Source: Salmonella phage SE1Kor. Taken from it: a DNA stretch of 32,000 nt. Below the pieces are notes generated by a model. It saw nothing but the letters and a program-made list of their open reading frames with translations. It was not told the DNA's origin and made no database searches. The translations under genes and the position numbers were made by a program. Of the stretch, positions 1 through 8,670 are shown one piece after another. The stretch lies in the sequence record KY926791.1; one strand, written 5' to 3'. Every line of letters starts with the position of its first letter. The first letter of the stretch is position 1.

Positions 1-464
1 GGCCGAATGCAGTCAAGACGCTGGACGATGGGCGGAAGTATATGTGCTGGGCGGCTCCAATGTTGGGTATGATGTTCACTATCGACATCTACTTCGGGTA
101 CTGGTTGTTAGAGGTGGATTGTGTGATTCCGCTCGACAAGTATATGCACAGTAAAGGGTTCAATAGTTGCTTTGACGTGTGCCCTGACACGGAAGGCAAC
201 GGTGTTATGATCTTGGGCTTTAAGTGGGTGGGTGATAAGTGTGAAATACGGCCGCTGCGATACCCGCGTGGTAAAGCGCGTCGTGCATATATCGAAGACG
301 GTATTGTTCATTGGTGCAATGTACAGAAGCGTCGGATGAGCACTGACCACATTGCTCATATCAAAGAGGGCCTCGTTAGACTTCAGACGAATAATAGTGG
401 TAATGTGCAATTACAGCAAGAATTGCAAGAACTCATTGAATACATTGATCAGTTCGGAGCGTGA
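1..464 (+). CDS. Hypothetical phage protein, 5' end probably outside window
   Basis: Frame stays open to the window edge upstream of the Met at 42 (PNAVKTLDDGRKYM...); stop at 464 is directly followed by the next gene. Confidence 0.6.
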   Translation, partial: PNAVKTLDDGRKYMCWAAPMLGMMFTIDIYFGYWLLEVDCVIPLDKYMHSKGFNSCFDVCPDTEGNGVMILGFKWVGDKCEIRPLRYPRGKARRAYIEDGIVHWCNVQKRRMSTDHIAHIKEGLVRLQTNNSGNVQLQQELQELIEYIDQFGA

Positions 465-465
465 G

Positions 466-735
466 ATGGCTGACAAACAAGATCTGCTTCCTAAGTGGTA
501 TCCAGATTATCATGAGTCGGATACTTTAATGCGTATTCAATTCATCTTGGACCACCAAACTGACTTTTCATTACATTTAAGGGAAGAGCTCAAAGAAACG
601 GATATGAAGAACCTGTGGGCCATTAAGAAACGTCTTCGTTTACGGAAACATCTTGATGACCTGCATAAAGTTATGCAGAAACTTATACGGTACATAATCC
701 GTATTGAACAATCGCGTGAGATTTGGAGGAAGTGA
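466..735 (+). CDS. Hypothetical small phage protein
   Basis: ORF; ATG at 466 (MADKQDLLPKWYPDYHES...) fits the operon spacing better than the upstream start at 352. Confidence 0.6.
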   Translation: MADKQDLLPKWYPDYHESDTLMRIQFILDHQTDFSLHLREELKETDMKNLWAIKKRLRLRKHLDDLHKVMQKLIRYIIRIEQSREIWRK

Positions 736-1085
736 TGGAAACGGTAAGTAATTCACCTTTATATAAAGCAAAGGTGCGACTTCTTGAACAAGCTAAACAG
801 TCCGACCTGCAGGCAAATCCTGATTTACTTGACGCTATTGTGAATGCGATGGAAGTTATGGACGCGGCGGACTTCCTTCTCCATCGTGTGTCGCACGTCG
901 CCAAGGCTTTAGGTTATGAAGGTAAAGTCGAAGATTTTCAAAGTGCGTTCGAATACCTTATGCGTAACCGCGAGAAGGCGCTGGTGGTTGATCGTCAATA
1001 TCAGCTTATCAAAAATAAATCGAAGGTCGAACGTCTACTTCGTGAGACTTTGGAAATAGTAACGGGAGGTGAAGATGCAAATTAA
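735..1085 (+). CDS. Hypothetical phage protein
   Basis: ORF with GGAGG about 5 nt upstream of ATG 735; helical, charged protein. Confidence 0.6.
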   Translation: METVSNSPLYKAKVRLLEQAKQSDLQANPDLLDAIVNAMEVMDAADFLLHRVSHVAKALGYEGKVEDFQSAFEYLMRNREKALVVDRQYQLIKNKSKVERLLRETLEIVTGGEDAN

Positions 1086-1461
1086 TCTTACTCAGAAGGC
1101 TGTGCGATACTTCGGCGAAGTGTTCTTTGTTCCAGTGTGGGCGAAATACCTTGCGGTAGACGAGGACGGTACTTTAACTGCATTCGAGAATGAACCTCAG
1201 TGGTGTGAATGTATTGACGGCGATGGTTTTTGGGTATTGACCGAGCCAGGTATTGAAATCGACATCTGCTATAACGTAGATCTTGAAGGTATGGATTTCA
1301 AAGAAACGTGTGTTAATATAGATTATAAAGTAAGCGACAATCCTCATGACCACACTGAATGGTTCGAACGTATGCGCAAAGATGATTATAAGCGATCATT
1401 GCTCGGCAAATGGACACCAGCATGTGGTCAACTGAATAAAGAAGGTGATAAGGATGAGTAA
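1075..1461 (+). CDS. Hypothetical phage protein
   Basis: ORF, GGGAGG upstream of ATG 1075, overlaps previous gene in typical phage fashion. Confidence 0.6.
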   Translation: MQINLTQKAVRYFGEVFFVPVWAKYLAVDEDGTLTAFENEPQWCECIDGDGFWVLTEPGIEIDICYNVDLEGMDFKETCVNIDYKVSDNPHDHTEWFERMRKDDYKRSLLGKWTPACGQLNKEGDKDE

Positions 1462-1669
1462 AGAACTCCGGACTCCGTTAACTCAAGAAGAAATTGATAT
1501 TCTTCAGACCGACATCCTTACTTTATGCAAGCGTATCAAAGATGCGTATGAAGAAGGATTATTTGATAAGCAATGGAACCAGGAAGTTCAGACAGATGAA
1601 CAACTGTGGAACGCGTCTACTGCAAAACTTATCCATGACGCATTGATCAAACAAGCTATGGAGCAATAA
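1454..1669 (+). CDS. Hypothetical small phage protein
   Basis: ORF, AAGG upstream of ATG 1454, packed in operon. Confidence 0.55.
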   Translation: MSKELRTPLTQEEIDILQTDILTLCKRIKDAYEEGLFDKQWNQEVQTDEQLWNASTAKLIHDALIKQAMEQ

Positions 1670-1671
1670 TT

Positions 1672-1941
1672 ATGATCACAGCACAAGAAGCTCGTACAAA
1701 TAGTGAAAACTTGGATACCAGTGCATATCTTGATGATTTGGATAAATGGATTACTAAAGCGTCTCTAGATGGCAGGGATCATATTAAATTATTTAAAAAG
1801 CCATATAGTGAAATTGGTAGTCCTAATGCACGTCCTGTAATGAGAAAGGTGACTGAACAACTAGTATCATTTGGATATACAATCTCATATAAGCAACCAT
1901 TGAGCCAGATGGATACTGAAAGTGTAGAAATTTTATGGTAA
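1672..1941 (+). CDS. Hypothetical phage protein
   Basis: 89-aa ORF, same strand and tight spacing. Confidence 0.5.
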   Translation: MITAQEARTNSENLDTSAYLDDLDKWITKASLDGRDHIKLFKKPYSEIGSPNARPVMRKVTEQLVSFGYTISYKQPLSQMDTESVEILW

Positions 1942-1956
1942 TTGTGAAGGTAATAT

Positions 1957-2370
1957 ATGTTAGTCAAACTCGTTGTCGATGTTAAATTTGAAGAACCAAT
2001 TAAAGGTCAAAATATCCATACTTTGGAAATTGGTTCTTTTGATGTAAGTAAATTTTTTAATGGTGGGAATAAATTCTTTAAAGATAAATCTTTAGATTTA
2101 ACGTGTGATATTAATCACAAATTGCCCGCTCGGTCTTCTGCGAAGATCCGTGGAAATGGGCGTATCCTGTCTTTTGCTGATTCTATGAAAGATTGGGAAG
2201 ATTTAAAATTTATTGTTAGCGCACGTATATTAAAGACCGAATATAAGGCAGCTTCTGATAATTATATGAAATATTTTTATCCAAGAATTATTTTTAAAGA
2301 TCGTGTAAATATCTCTAAAGAAGAAATAACGTGCCAACCTCTCGCCTGTCGCTGGGTCTTAGTACCATAA
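1957..2370 (+). CDS. Hypothetical phage protein
   Basis: 137-aa ORF, GAAGG upstream of the start. Confidence 0.55.
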   Translation: MLVKLVVDVKFEEPIKGQNIHTLEIGSFDVSKFFNGGNKFFKDKSLDLTCDINHKLPARSSAKIRGNGRILSFADSMKDWEDLKFIVSARILKTEYKAASDNYMKYFYPRIIFKDRVNISKEEITCQPLACRWVLVP

Positions 2371-2373
2371 TCT

Positions 2374-2431
2374 GCAGGGGGTTAACCCCCTGCGATCCAT
2401 CAGTATATACTATGTGTGTCCTAATGGATCG
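2374..2431 (+). promoter_or_regulatory. Two adjacent hairpins upstream of the 2444 gene (5' UTR structure or weak terminator)
   Basis: GCAGGGGG-TTAA-CCCCCTGC (2374-2393), then CGATCCAT ... ATGGATCG (2393-2431) enclosing the palindrome AGTATATACT; no T-tract after the first hairpin. Confidence 0.45.
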
Positions 2432-2443
2432 TAGGAGAATAAC

Positions 2444-2680
2444 ATGTCAGATTTAATCACCGTTCACTATTATGGTTCAGATGTAGAAGTACCAAAAGAC
2501 ACAAGATATATTGCAACAGATTCTGATGGTTGCGTGTACGCATTTAATAATGACAAGCCCGTCTTTAATGAAAAGGTCGGTACATGGTGTGTTTACACGA
2601 ATTCTTTTAAGCTGGTAGATGTCAACTTTGATGTTGTACCATCCCGTTCGTTATTTGAAATTAATCCCGCTACGTTTTAA
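2444..2680 (+). CDS. Hypothetical small phage protein
   Basis: 78-aa ORF with TAGGAG Shine-Dalgarno. Confidence 0.6.
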   Translation: MSDLITVHYYGSDVEVPKDTRYIATDSDGCVYAFNNDKPVFNEKVGTWCVYTNSFKLVDVNFDVVPSRSLFEINPATF

Positions 2681-2689
2681 GGTAATAAC

Positions 2690-3226
2690 ATGCTGGAACT
2701 TTTTCCTCAAGAAATTAAACAATACGAACAGTGGGCTGTCTGCGGTTTCCATCCAGGTACATCATCAGAAAAACAACCTTATGTATGGGACGATGATTTA
2801 GGGGATATGGTCCCACTTCGTAAAGACGGCAACGATAAAAAACCGTCTAATTTGCATTTACTAATGTCCTTTGAAGATGCGGAACGTTGTATTCGTTACT
2901 ATAACGAAATCGGTCATAATCTGCGTTTAGGTTTCTATCTACTTCCAAGTGATCCGTTCTGTTGTATAGACATGGATATTAAAGACACCATGTCTGAAAT
3001 GGAAAAGAAAGTTGCTGGTGAGCGATATAAGAAGATTGTTGAATCGTTCCACAGTTATACGGAAATTTCCAGAAGCGGTGATGGTTTACATACATGGATT
3101 TATTCCATCCCTCAAGCTGGTAAGCGCCGTGATGGTGTAGAAGTATATTCGCAGTATCGCTTTATTATTTGTACAGGCGATCACTGGGATGTTACTTCCG
3201 CGTACTGTGTCTGGTGCTCCAGGTAG
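2690..3226 (+). CDS. Primase, N-terminal AEP/prim-pol-like domain (fragment 1 of 3 of a frame-broken primase-helicase)
   Basis: FCCIDMDIKD (DxD-type acidic motif), SGDGLHTWIY (SGxGxH-like) and VEVYSQYRFIICTGDH match the archaeo-eukaryotic primase pattern; frame closes just after the primase core. Confidence 0.65.
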   Translation: MLELFPQEIKQYEQWAVCGFHPGTSSEKQPYVWDDDLGDMVPLRKDGNDKKPSNLHLLMSFEDAERCIRYYNEIGHNLRLGFYLLPSDPFCCIDMDIKDTMSEMEKKVAGERYKKIVESFHSYTEISRSGDGLHTWIYSIPQAGKRRDGVEVYSQYRFIICTGDHWDVTSAYCVWCSR

Positions 3227-4238
3227 TGAAAGCGAAGGGTATATTGCTAATCTCATTCATCAACTTATGTCAGAGATGAGTGAAATTAATGAATCCGATG
3301 GCTTCCAAATGTTGGAACTTACTGAAGAAGATTTCAGTAACGACCCATATGCAATGGAGGATCAGGATGTTTATATCCAGTTGTGCGAACAAGAAAACGG
3401 AACGTTGTTTAAACAGCTATGGGAAGGTCGTTGGAGAGCTGAAGAAGTTGATACTTCTATCGGTGAACGTTGTTTCCCTTCTCAGTCTGAAGCAGAATTT
3501 GCATTAATTGACTTTCTTTGCTTTAAGAGCAAGTACAATTTCCAGGTAAGACGTCTATTCATGTATTCACCAATGAGTAGTCGCTATGATGATTCACGTC
3601 GTATGCCTGGTGAAAAAATTAAACGTCCGTACCACCTGGATAGAATGATTCGCAACTATCGCTATGATGCCCATGTCAAATCTATGGGTCTTATGCAGAT
3701 AGTTCAGAATAACGTTAATGCAGCTATAGAGCGCACGGAAAAACTGCGTCAAGCAACTACACCAGAACGCCCACCTGAAGAAGTGTTGACCACAGATGGT
3801 AATTATACTGAAGAACAGGCGGACGGTTTAGCCTGGCCTCCGGGCTTTATGGGTGAGGTTGCGCGTAACATGTATAAAGCGAGCTTGTTGCCTATTAAAG
3901 ACATTAGTATTCTGTCTGCTCTTGCTTTATTTAGTGGTATGTGCGGTAAGGCGTGGAACACGGTTACACGAAGTGGTCTGAACAACTACTTTGTATTAAT
4001 TGCACGTTCTGGTATTGGTAAAGAAGCGTTTCGCTCTAACATTGAAACCATTCTTTCTCAGGTGTCCAATTATGGCGGTCAGGACGGGCAGCAGATATTC
4101 GGTATTGAACGTGTTTTAGATACCAGTACCTACGCGTCTGATGCTGCATTGCGCAAAGACGTCATAATGGATACATCGGTTATGTCTTGTGGCTCATCCA
4201 TTAACTATAAGACTGAAGTCGGTGCGTTTTTTCCGTAA
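3189..4238 (+). CDS. Primase-helicase middle portion, DUF3987-like ATPase start (fragment 2 of 3)
   Basis: Continues fragment 1 in the +1 frame; P-loop-like VLIARSGIGKEAFRSN. Confidence 0.55.
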   Translation: MLLPRTVSGAPGSESEGYIANLIHQLMSEMSEINESDGFQMLELTEEDFSNDPYAMEDQDVYIQLCEQENGTLFKQLWEGRWRAEEVDTSIGERCFPSQSEAEFALIDFLCFKSKYNFQVRRLFMYSPMSSRYDDSRRMPGEKIKRPYHLDRMIRNYRYDAHVKSMGLMQIVQNNVNAAIERTEKLRQATTPERPPEEVLTTDGNYTEEQADGLAWPPGFMGEVARNMYKASLLPIKDISILSALALFSGMCGKAWNTVTRSGLNNYFVLIARSGIGKEAFRSNIETILSQVSNYGGQDGQQIFGIERVLDTSTYASDAALRKDVIMDTSVMSCGSSINYKTEVGAFFP

Positions 4239-4239
4239 C

Positions 4240-5241
4240 GGTAAGATGGAAGTTGGTAAAGCTAAAGACATTATGGATGAAATGCTCTCCCTTTACGATA
4301 AGGGGCATTTCTATGCTTTCTCTGGCGGTTCAAAGCACTCCAGCAAAGATAATACAACCGCTGGTGGTAAGGTCAAGGCATATAGTTTTGCAGGTGAAAC
4401 TACACCGGATGAATTTTACGGGAACGTTGATGACCGCATGATGTCTAGTGGTTTCATGTCCCGTATTATTGCATGGGAATGTACAGCTAACAGGCCACTA
4501 ATGAATAAGAGTATGCTCCTGGAATATCCAGAAGCAATTCTGCGGACTATTGGAGCTATTTATAAACAAGCTGTGCGTATTATGTCAGGGACTGCTCCAT
4601 GTTATGTTGAAATGGAAGCAGATGTACACGAAGCATTTGATAACCTTGATAATGTTGTTGCGAAGTTTTTGAATAGCGGTAATGACGGTGAACAGGTACA
4701 GGATGAAGTAATTCGTCAGATGTACACAAGGAAGGCGTTGAAGGTATTGCGTATCGCCTCCCTTCTTGCTGTAGCAGATAACAGTGAGCGTCCTGTTGTT
4801 ACTATGGAACATTATCGTTGGGCTGAGTCATTTATTGATCAGGGTAACGAGCGTTTCTTAGAGAAGCGTAATAGTGGGCAGATTGGGTCTACAGATAGTA
4901 CCAGTCGTGAGAAAATAATGCTCAACTCTATCAAGAAGTTTTTGGATGGGGAAGTTAAAGCTGGTGTGTATAAACGGTTCCCGATGTTCAAGGATGCGTT
5001 TATTGTTACACGGAGTGACTTATGTACTTATTGTAGACAATTTAAAGCGTTCAAGCAGACAAGAAATGACAACATCTTGCAAGTCATAGACAATACAATC
5101 TATGGTTTAATGTCTATGGAAGTTCTTACTGAGATGAGGCCAATGGACTTCTCAAGTTTCTTCGGTGCAGAGTTTACACCACCGAGGATGAAATGTTATT
5201 TGGTGGACATTGAGAGAATGAACGAAGTTATTAAGTTATAA
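4240..5241 (+). CDS. Primase-helicase C-terminal portion, DUF3987-like (fragment 3 of 3)
   Basis: Frame open from 4189; continues fragment 2 after a T6 run as FFRNGKMEVGKAKDIMDEMLSLYDKGHFYAFSGGSK... Confidence 0.55.
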   Translation, partial: GKMEVGKAKDIMDEMLSLYDKGHFYAFSGGSKHSSKDNTTAGGKVKAYSFAGETTPDEFYGNVDDRMMSSGFMSRIIAWECTANRPLMNKSMLLEYPEAILRTIGAIYKQAVRIMSGTAPCYVEMEADVHEAFDNLDNVVAKFLNSGNDGEQVQDEVIRQMYTRKALKVLRIASLLAVADNSERPVVTMEHYRWAESFIDQGNERFLEKRNSGQIGSTDSTSREKIMLNSIKKFLDGEVKAGVYKRFPMFKDAFIVTRSDLCTYCRQFKAFKQTRNDNILQVIDNTIYGLMSMEVLTEMRPMDFSSFFGAEFTPPRMKCYLVDIERMNEVIKL

Positions 5242-5245
5242 AAAA

Positions 5246-5264
5246 TGGGCGCTATATGCGCCCA
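5246..5264. terminator. Bidirectional stem-loop terminator between convergent genes
   Basis: TGGGCGC-TATAT-GCGCCCA between the plus-strand gene ending 5241 and the minus-strand gene ending 5270; A-run on the left side. Confidence 0.65.
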
Positions 5265-5269
5265 TTATA

Positions 5270-5500
5270 TTATTCATGCAATTCTAAGAAACCACACACG
5301 ACATATTCAAACATTTCATCATAATCCGGTGTTGAAAAGTCTCCAACGTGATACTCACCTTTCTCAAACGTAACCACAGTTGAAGAGTTCATGTATGTGT
5401 ACTTAATCTTGTGAGTTCCGTCTATGCAGTTGTGTGAGAATTCCTCTGACTTGTTCATTGCATTTCTGATGTTTCTTTTTACAAGATCTTGGTGAGTCAT
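5270..5500 (-). CDS. Hypothetical small protein on the strand opposite to its neighbours
   Basis: 76-aa ORF with GGAGG Shine-Dalgarno on the minus strand, its own promoter-like sequence and a terminator. Confidence 0.65.
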   Translation of the reverse strand: MTHQDLVKRNIRNAMNKSEEFSHNCIDGTHKIKYTYMNSSTVVTFEKGEYHVGDFSTPDYDEMFEYVVCGFLELHE

Positions 5501-5535
5501 TTTGTGTTCCTCCGCTTATAAACTGTATAATACAT

Positions 5536-5563
5536 ACTATAGAGCATTTCCTTAGGAATGCAA
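5536..5563 (-). promoter_or_regulatory. Candidate sigma70-type promoter for the 5270-5500 minus-strand gene
   Basis: Minus strand reads TTGCAT-N16-TATAGT. Confidence 0.5.
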
Positions 5564-5598
5564 TAGGTATCAAGAATTATTTTACGTCCGAGGGTCAA

Positions 5599-5877
5599 AT
5601 GTCCAGTTACAATCTAGCAGCTATTAAAATTGTGTACGGTGCTCTATACCAGGATGAGGAGTTCCCAGGCATTGAGCAGGCAATTAAAAGAATCAAGTCT
5701 AATCGTGTTGACTCGGAACAACTGTTCGCCTATGCTTTAGCCATAAGTAAGAACGAGGTCCGTCCTTACTATGAAACGCTGTCACGCCAGTTACGAAGTG
5801 TAATAGAAGAACGTGACTTAATGCGGTACTGTGGATACACCTTCTTAACCGGTAGAGCCATACGTGTCAGCAAATAA
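5599..5877 (+). CDS. Hypothetical phage protein
   Basis: 92-aa ORF, CGAGGG upstream of ATG. Confidence 0.6.
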   Translation: MSSYNLAAIKIVYGALYQDEEFPGIEQAIKRIKSNRVDSEQLFAYALAISKNEVRPYYETLSRQLRSVIEERDLMRYCGYTFLTGRAIRVSK

Positions 5878-5894
5878 ATGAAAGGAGTTAAAAC

Positions 5895-6092
5895 ATGCAA
5901 AAGCATCAACCTCTATATAAAGTCCGTCGTCTTGGTGGTGGTCTCTACGCAGTAGAGCGCAATAAACGTTCTATTACAATCGTCAGTGTTAAAGTGGGAT
6001 CACGTAAATTCTATAGCGTTCCTAACTGCTCGCCTTTGTTACCAACACTGCGCGACGCTGTGTTGTATGTGCTTACTGGTACGTTCTTTTAA
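5895..6092 (+). CDS. Hypothetical small basic protein
   Basis: 65-aa ORF with AAAGGAG Shine-Dalgarno. Confidence 0.55.
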   Translation: MQKHQPLYKVRRLGGGLYAVERNKRSITIVSVKVGSRKFYSVPNCSPLLPTLRDAVLYVLTGTFF

Positions 6093-6106
6093 CTCGGGGT
6101 GCTTAA

Positions 6107-6670
6107 ATGAAGGGTAATGTTATAAGACTTCGTGCTGCAAGTTTAGCAAGTAAGTTTGGTTTCGGTGATGGCGATATTGTTGATTATTTTTGCGAGGATA
6201 ACAATATCAGTTTAGATGAAAGGGATCCACACCAAATTCTGATAAAACTGGTAAGAATATATTTATTACCACTTATCCCTCATGTTCAAGTTTATGAAAT
6301 TGGCACTATGCACAATCCGATTCGTTGCGAAGATCAATTCGTAGAAGAGCTTCAGAGTAGTGACATCTATGTTGATGTAACTATACATCAACTTATCCAA
6401 TGTATTAACGAAACAGAAAAGGATCCTATATTTATGGGAGATCAATGTAACCAGTGTCAACAGACTGAGCAAGTTACCGAAAACCGTAGAAAATTCATGG
6501 TGTCGTATAGCTTTAGTAAAGCTGGTTTACTTACTCCACATTTTGGAAATGTAAGTGTGATTATGCCAGATGTTAGTATGGAGTCAATTCAAGAAGTTGA
6601 AAAAATAATCAAGGGACAGATTGAAGTTGATAAGGTAATTATTCTAAACATTGTTGAACTGGAGAAATAA
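6107..6670 (+). CDS. Hypothetical phage protein
   Basis: 187-aa ORF, tight spacing to the next gene. Confidence 0.6.
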   Translation: MKGNVIRLRAASLASKFGFGDGDIVDYFCEDNNISLDERDPHQILIKLVRIYLLPLIPHVQVYEIGTMHNPIRCEDQFVEELQSSDIYVDVTIHQLIQCINETEKDPIFMGDQCNQCQQTEQVTENRRKFMVSYSFSKAGLLTPHFGNVSVIMPDVSMESIQEVEKIIKGQIEVDKVIILNIVELEK

Positions 6671-6880
6671 ATGGCCTTTGTATACTGCGAAGAGTGTGGG
6701 ACTGGTATGGAACGACCTTCCCAACGGGAGGTGCTCACTGACCAGTATATCTGTCCGAATTGTGGCTCTAATCAATCGTACCGGATAGATAAAGACACTA
6801 AGTCCGAGTATATTGATAGATTATTGACACGAATTGAAATAATTGAAGATAAACTAGGTATAATTTCTGATAAATATTGA
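6671..6880 (+). CDS. Zinc-ribbon protein
   Basis: CxxC...CxxC spacing: YCEECGTG ... YICPNCGSN. Confidence 0.6.
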   Translation: MAFVYCEECGTGMERPSQREVLTDQYICPNCGSNQSYRIDKDTKSEYIDRLLTRIEIIEDKLGIISDKY

Positions 6881-6891
6881 GGAGAAATAAT

Positions 6892-7110
6892 ATGTGTGAT
6901 AAATTTGAAGAAATGATGTTAGACGAGAGAGTGTTAGCATCTCTGGCAATCATTGAAACAGCTCAGAATTCTTTCATAGAAGCCTATCGTTTATGTAAAC
7001 CAGAATCCTCGTTAGACGAAATAGAGAAAGCCTGGCAAAAATCAAACACATGTAGCATATTGCACCGTCTTATGACGAGCGAAGAACAACCTAAAGAGAA
7101 TTTACACTAA
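6892..7110 (+). CDS. Hypothetical small phage protein
   Basis: ATG 6892 preceded by GAGGAG; ends overlapping the next start. Confidence 0.55.
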   Translation: MCDKFEEMMLDERVLASLAIIETAQNSFIEAYRLCKPESSLDEIEKAWQKSNTCSILHRLMTSEEQPKENLH

Positions 7111-7418
7111 TGCCTAGCAAAATATACAAGCTGTTAGGATGGAAGCCTTATACTTTTCGCTCAAACTACGACAAGGAAATGAAGTGTAAACGATGCCCAA
7201 AGTGTGGTCACACTGAGTTTACAGAGACCGTTGTAGCTCAAGTTGATGGTTATTATTCGCCTGTGTGCGAGTCACAGATTAATTGTAATCATTGTGGGCA
7301 AGAGGTAAACTATTGGGCATATGGTTACTACGAACCACATCATATAATTGCAGATCGTAGTATGTCCATGCTGATTAATCGTATTGAAGCTAAATTAAGG
7401 AGAATTAGTTTACCATGA
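7110..7418 (+). CDS. Zinc-finger-like protein
   Basis: CKRCPKCGH ... CNHCG paired cysteines. Confidence 0.55.
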   Translation: MPSKIYKLLGWKPYTFRSNYDKEMKCKRCPKCGHTEFTETVVAQVDGYYSPVCESQINCNHCGQEVNYWAYGYYEPHHIIADRSMSMLINRIEAKLRRISLP

Positions 7419-7594
7419 GTAAGAAAACCGATATCCGCAATCGCAATGCCGCTATTACTGCTTATCGTATGCGGGAAAAGGGTTTTACTTATAACCACAT
7501 TGCTGAACATCTTGGCAAGAAGCCACATCAAGTTAAATCGCTCATTTTGTTAGGTGAGCGCCTGGAATCTTTAAACGAGGGGACGACACAATGA
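7415..7594 (+). CDS. Small helix-turn-helix-like protein (59 aa; absent from supplied ORF track)
   Basis: ATG 7415 overlaps the TGA of the previous gene (ATGA); MSKKTDIRNRNAAITAYRMREKGFTYNHIAEHLGKKPHQVKSLILLGERLESLNEGTTQ; stop TGA 7592-7594 overlaps the next ATG. Confidence 0.6.
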   Translation: MSKKTDIRNRNAAITAYRMREKGFTYNHIAEHLGKKPHQVKSLILLGERLESLNEGTTQ

Positions 7595-7866
7595 ATGTAA
7601 CTGTACGCCAGCCTGATAAGAAAGAGAAGGATATGATGATTGGTTTTACTATGCCTGCGCCGCTTGTACATATTGGAGCGTTATTACGCTGCACAAACGC
7701 GAACACGCGTCGCTTTACGCATAACTCCGTGTATAGAGTTCACCGCACGGTACACAATGCCCGTAGCGGCCTAGCTTTGCCCGTAGTACGTGATGATAAC
7801 GGGTTGGAAGTTGTTTGCACTTCGCTGTCATTTTCTATGGGCCATTGGCAAAAATGTACGGTATGA
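7591..7866 (+). CDS. Hypothetical phage protein
   Basis: 91-aa ORF, ATGA overlap with preceding gene. Confidence 0.5.
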   Translation: MNVTVRQPDKKEKDMMIGFTMPAPLVHIGALLRCTNANTRRFTHNSVYRVHRTVHNARSGLALPVVRDDNGLEVVCTSLSFSMGHWQKCTV

Positions 7867-8007
7867 CCTGTGAATTCTGACGAATTCGTGTATTGTAATC
7901 AAACACGTAAACAGGTTAACATTATTTGCGAGAGTGGTTGGTAGATTACCCCTTTTCGAAGGCTGTCTCTCGCTGACATGTTATTATCTATTATATGCTT
8001 CGCTTTC

Positions 8008-8035
8008 GGGGGTACTTGTGTACCCCCTATTTTTT
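8008..8035 (+). terminator. Rho-independent terminator
   Basis: GGGGGTAC-TTGT-GTACCCCC followed by TATTTTTT. Confidence 0.8.
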
Positions 8036-8052
8036 AGATGGAGATTTATAAC

Positions 8053-8514
8053 ATGGGAGCTAATCCTCGTACTAAAGGTCAGACAGGCGAGCGTGAGATC
8101 TGTAAATTCTTTAATGATATCTACGAAGAAGTTTACGCCGCTCTTGGAATGACTTATCCAGAAAAGCCCATAGCGCAGCGTAACCAGAATCAGAGTGCTG
8201 TAGGTGGTTGCGATATCACAAATACCTGTTTCTATGCGGTGGAAGTTAAACGCCAGGAACAGTTATCAATTAACACATGGTGGGCACAGTGTGTTAAGAG
8301 TGCATTAGAAGCAGACAAGTTTCCAGTTCTTATGTACCGTCAGAATAAAAAATCCTGGCGCGTAGTCCTGTATATGAACCCTATCATGCTTTTCGCTGAT
8401 GAAGCGAAACATCACCCTGAAGATCCGCCGAGATGTGAAATATCCCTGGAAGATTTTCGGATAATCTTTAAATCACATGCTTATGAATATATCAAGAGGA
8501 ATGGTCACGCTTAG
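8053..8514 (+). CDS. Putative PD-(D/E)XK-type nuclease / Holliday-junction-resolvase-like protein
   Basis: TGEREICKFF ... QSAVGGCDITNTCFYAVEVKRQE matches the E...D...ExK arrangement. Confidence 0.5.
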   Translation: MGANPRTKGQTGEREICKFFNDIYEEVYAALGMTYPEKPIAQRNQNQSAVGGCDITNTCFYAVEVKRQEQLSINTWWAQCVKSALEADKFPVLMYRQNKKSWRVVLYMNPIMLFADEAKHHPEDPPRCEISLEDFRIIFKSHAYEYIKRNGHA

Positions 8515-8526
8515 GAGGTGTAAGAA

Positions 8527-8670
8527 GTGAGTTGTGAGGAAAGTCCCGTTCAATGGTGCGAACGTATGCAACGGGAAGCTGAAACTGGTGAGGACGCTTA
8601 CCGTTATTATCAGTTAAAGCAACAGTGGGAACAACGTCTGTCTGATAAAGAGAGTGAAAAACATGACTAA
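8527..8670 (+). CDS. Small hypothetical protein (47 aa, GTG start)
   Basis: GGAGG Shine-Dalgarno upstream of GTG 8527; MSCEESPVQWCERMQREAETGEDAYRYYQLKQQWEQRLSDKESEKHD; overlaps the dut start. Confidence 0.45.
   Translation: MSCEESPVQWCERMQREAETGEDAYRYYQLKQQWEQRLSDKESEKHD

Noticed and set aside
108-410. 100-aa minus-strand ORF
   Set aside because: Antisense to an open plus-strand frame continuous with the operon.
7873-7887. Two close GAATTC sites in the 7.87 kb intergenic region
   Set aside because: Short palindromes expected by chance; no evidence of function, though useful for restriction-resistance tests.
7928-7973. Possible truncated tRNA (7-bp outer stem, TTCGAA sequence)
   Set aside because: Only ~46 nt, no anticodon arm, no 5-bp T-stem pairing adjacent to the acceptor strand; kept only as a generic structured-RNA candidate.
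7934-8152. 72-aa plus-strand ORF
   Set aside because: Overlaps the terminator and the start of the better-supported nuclease gene in another frame.
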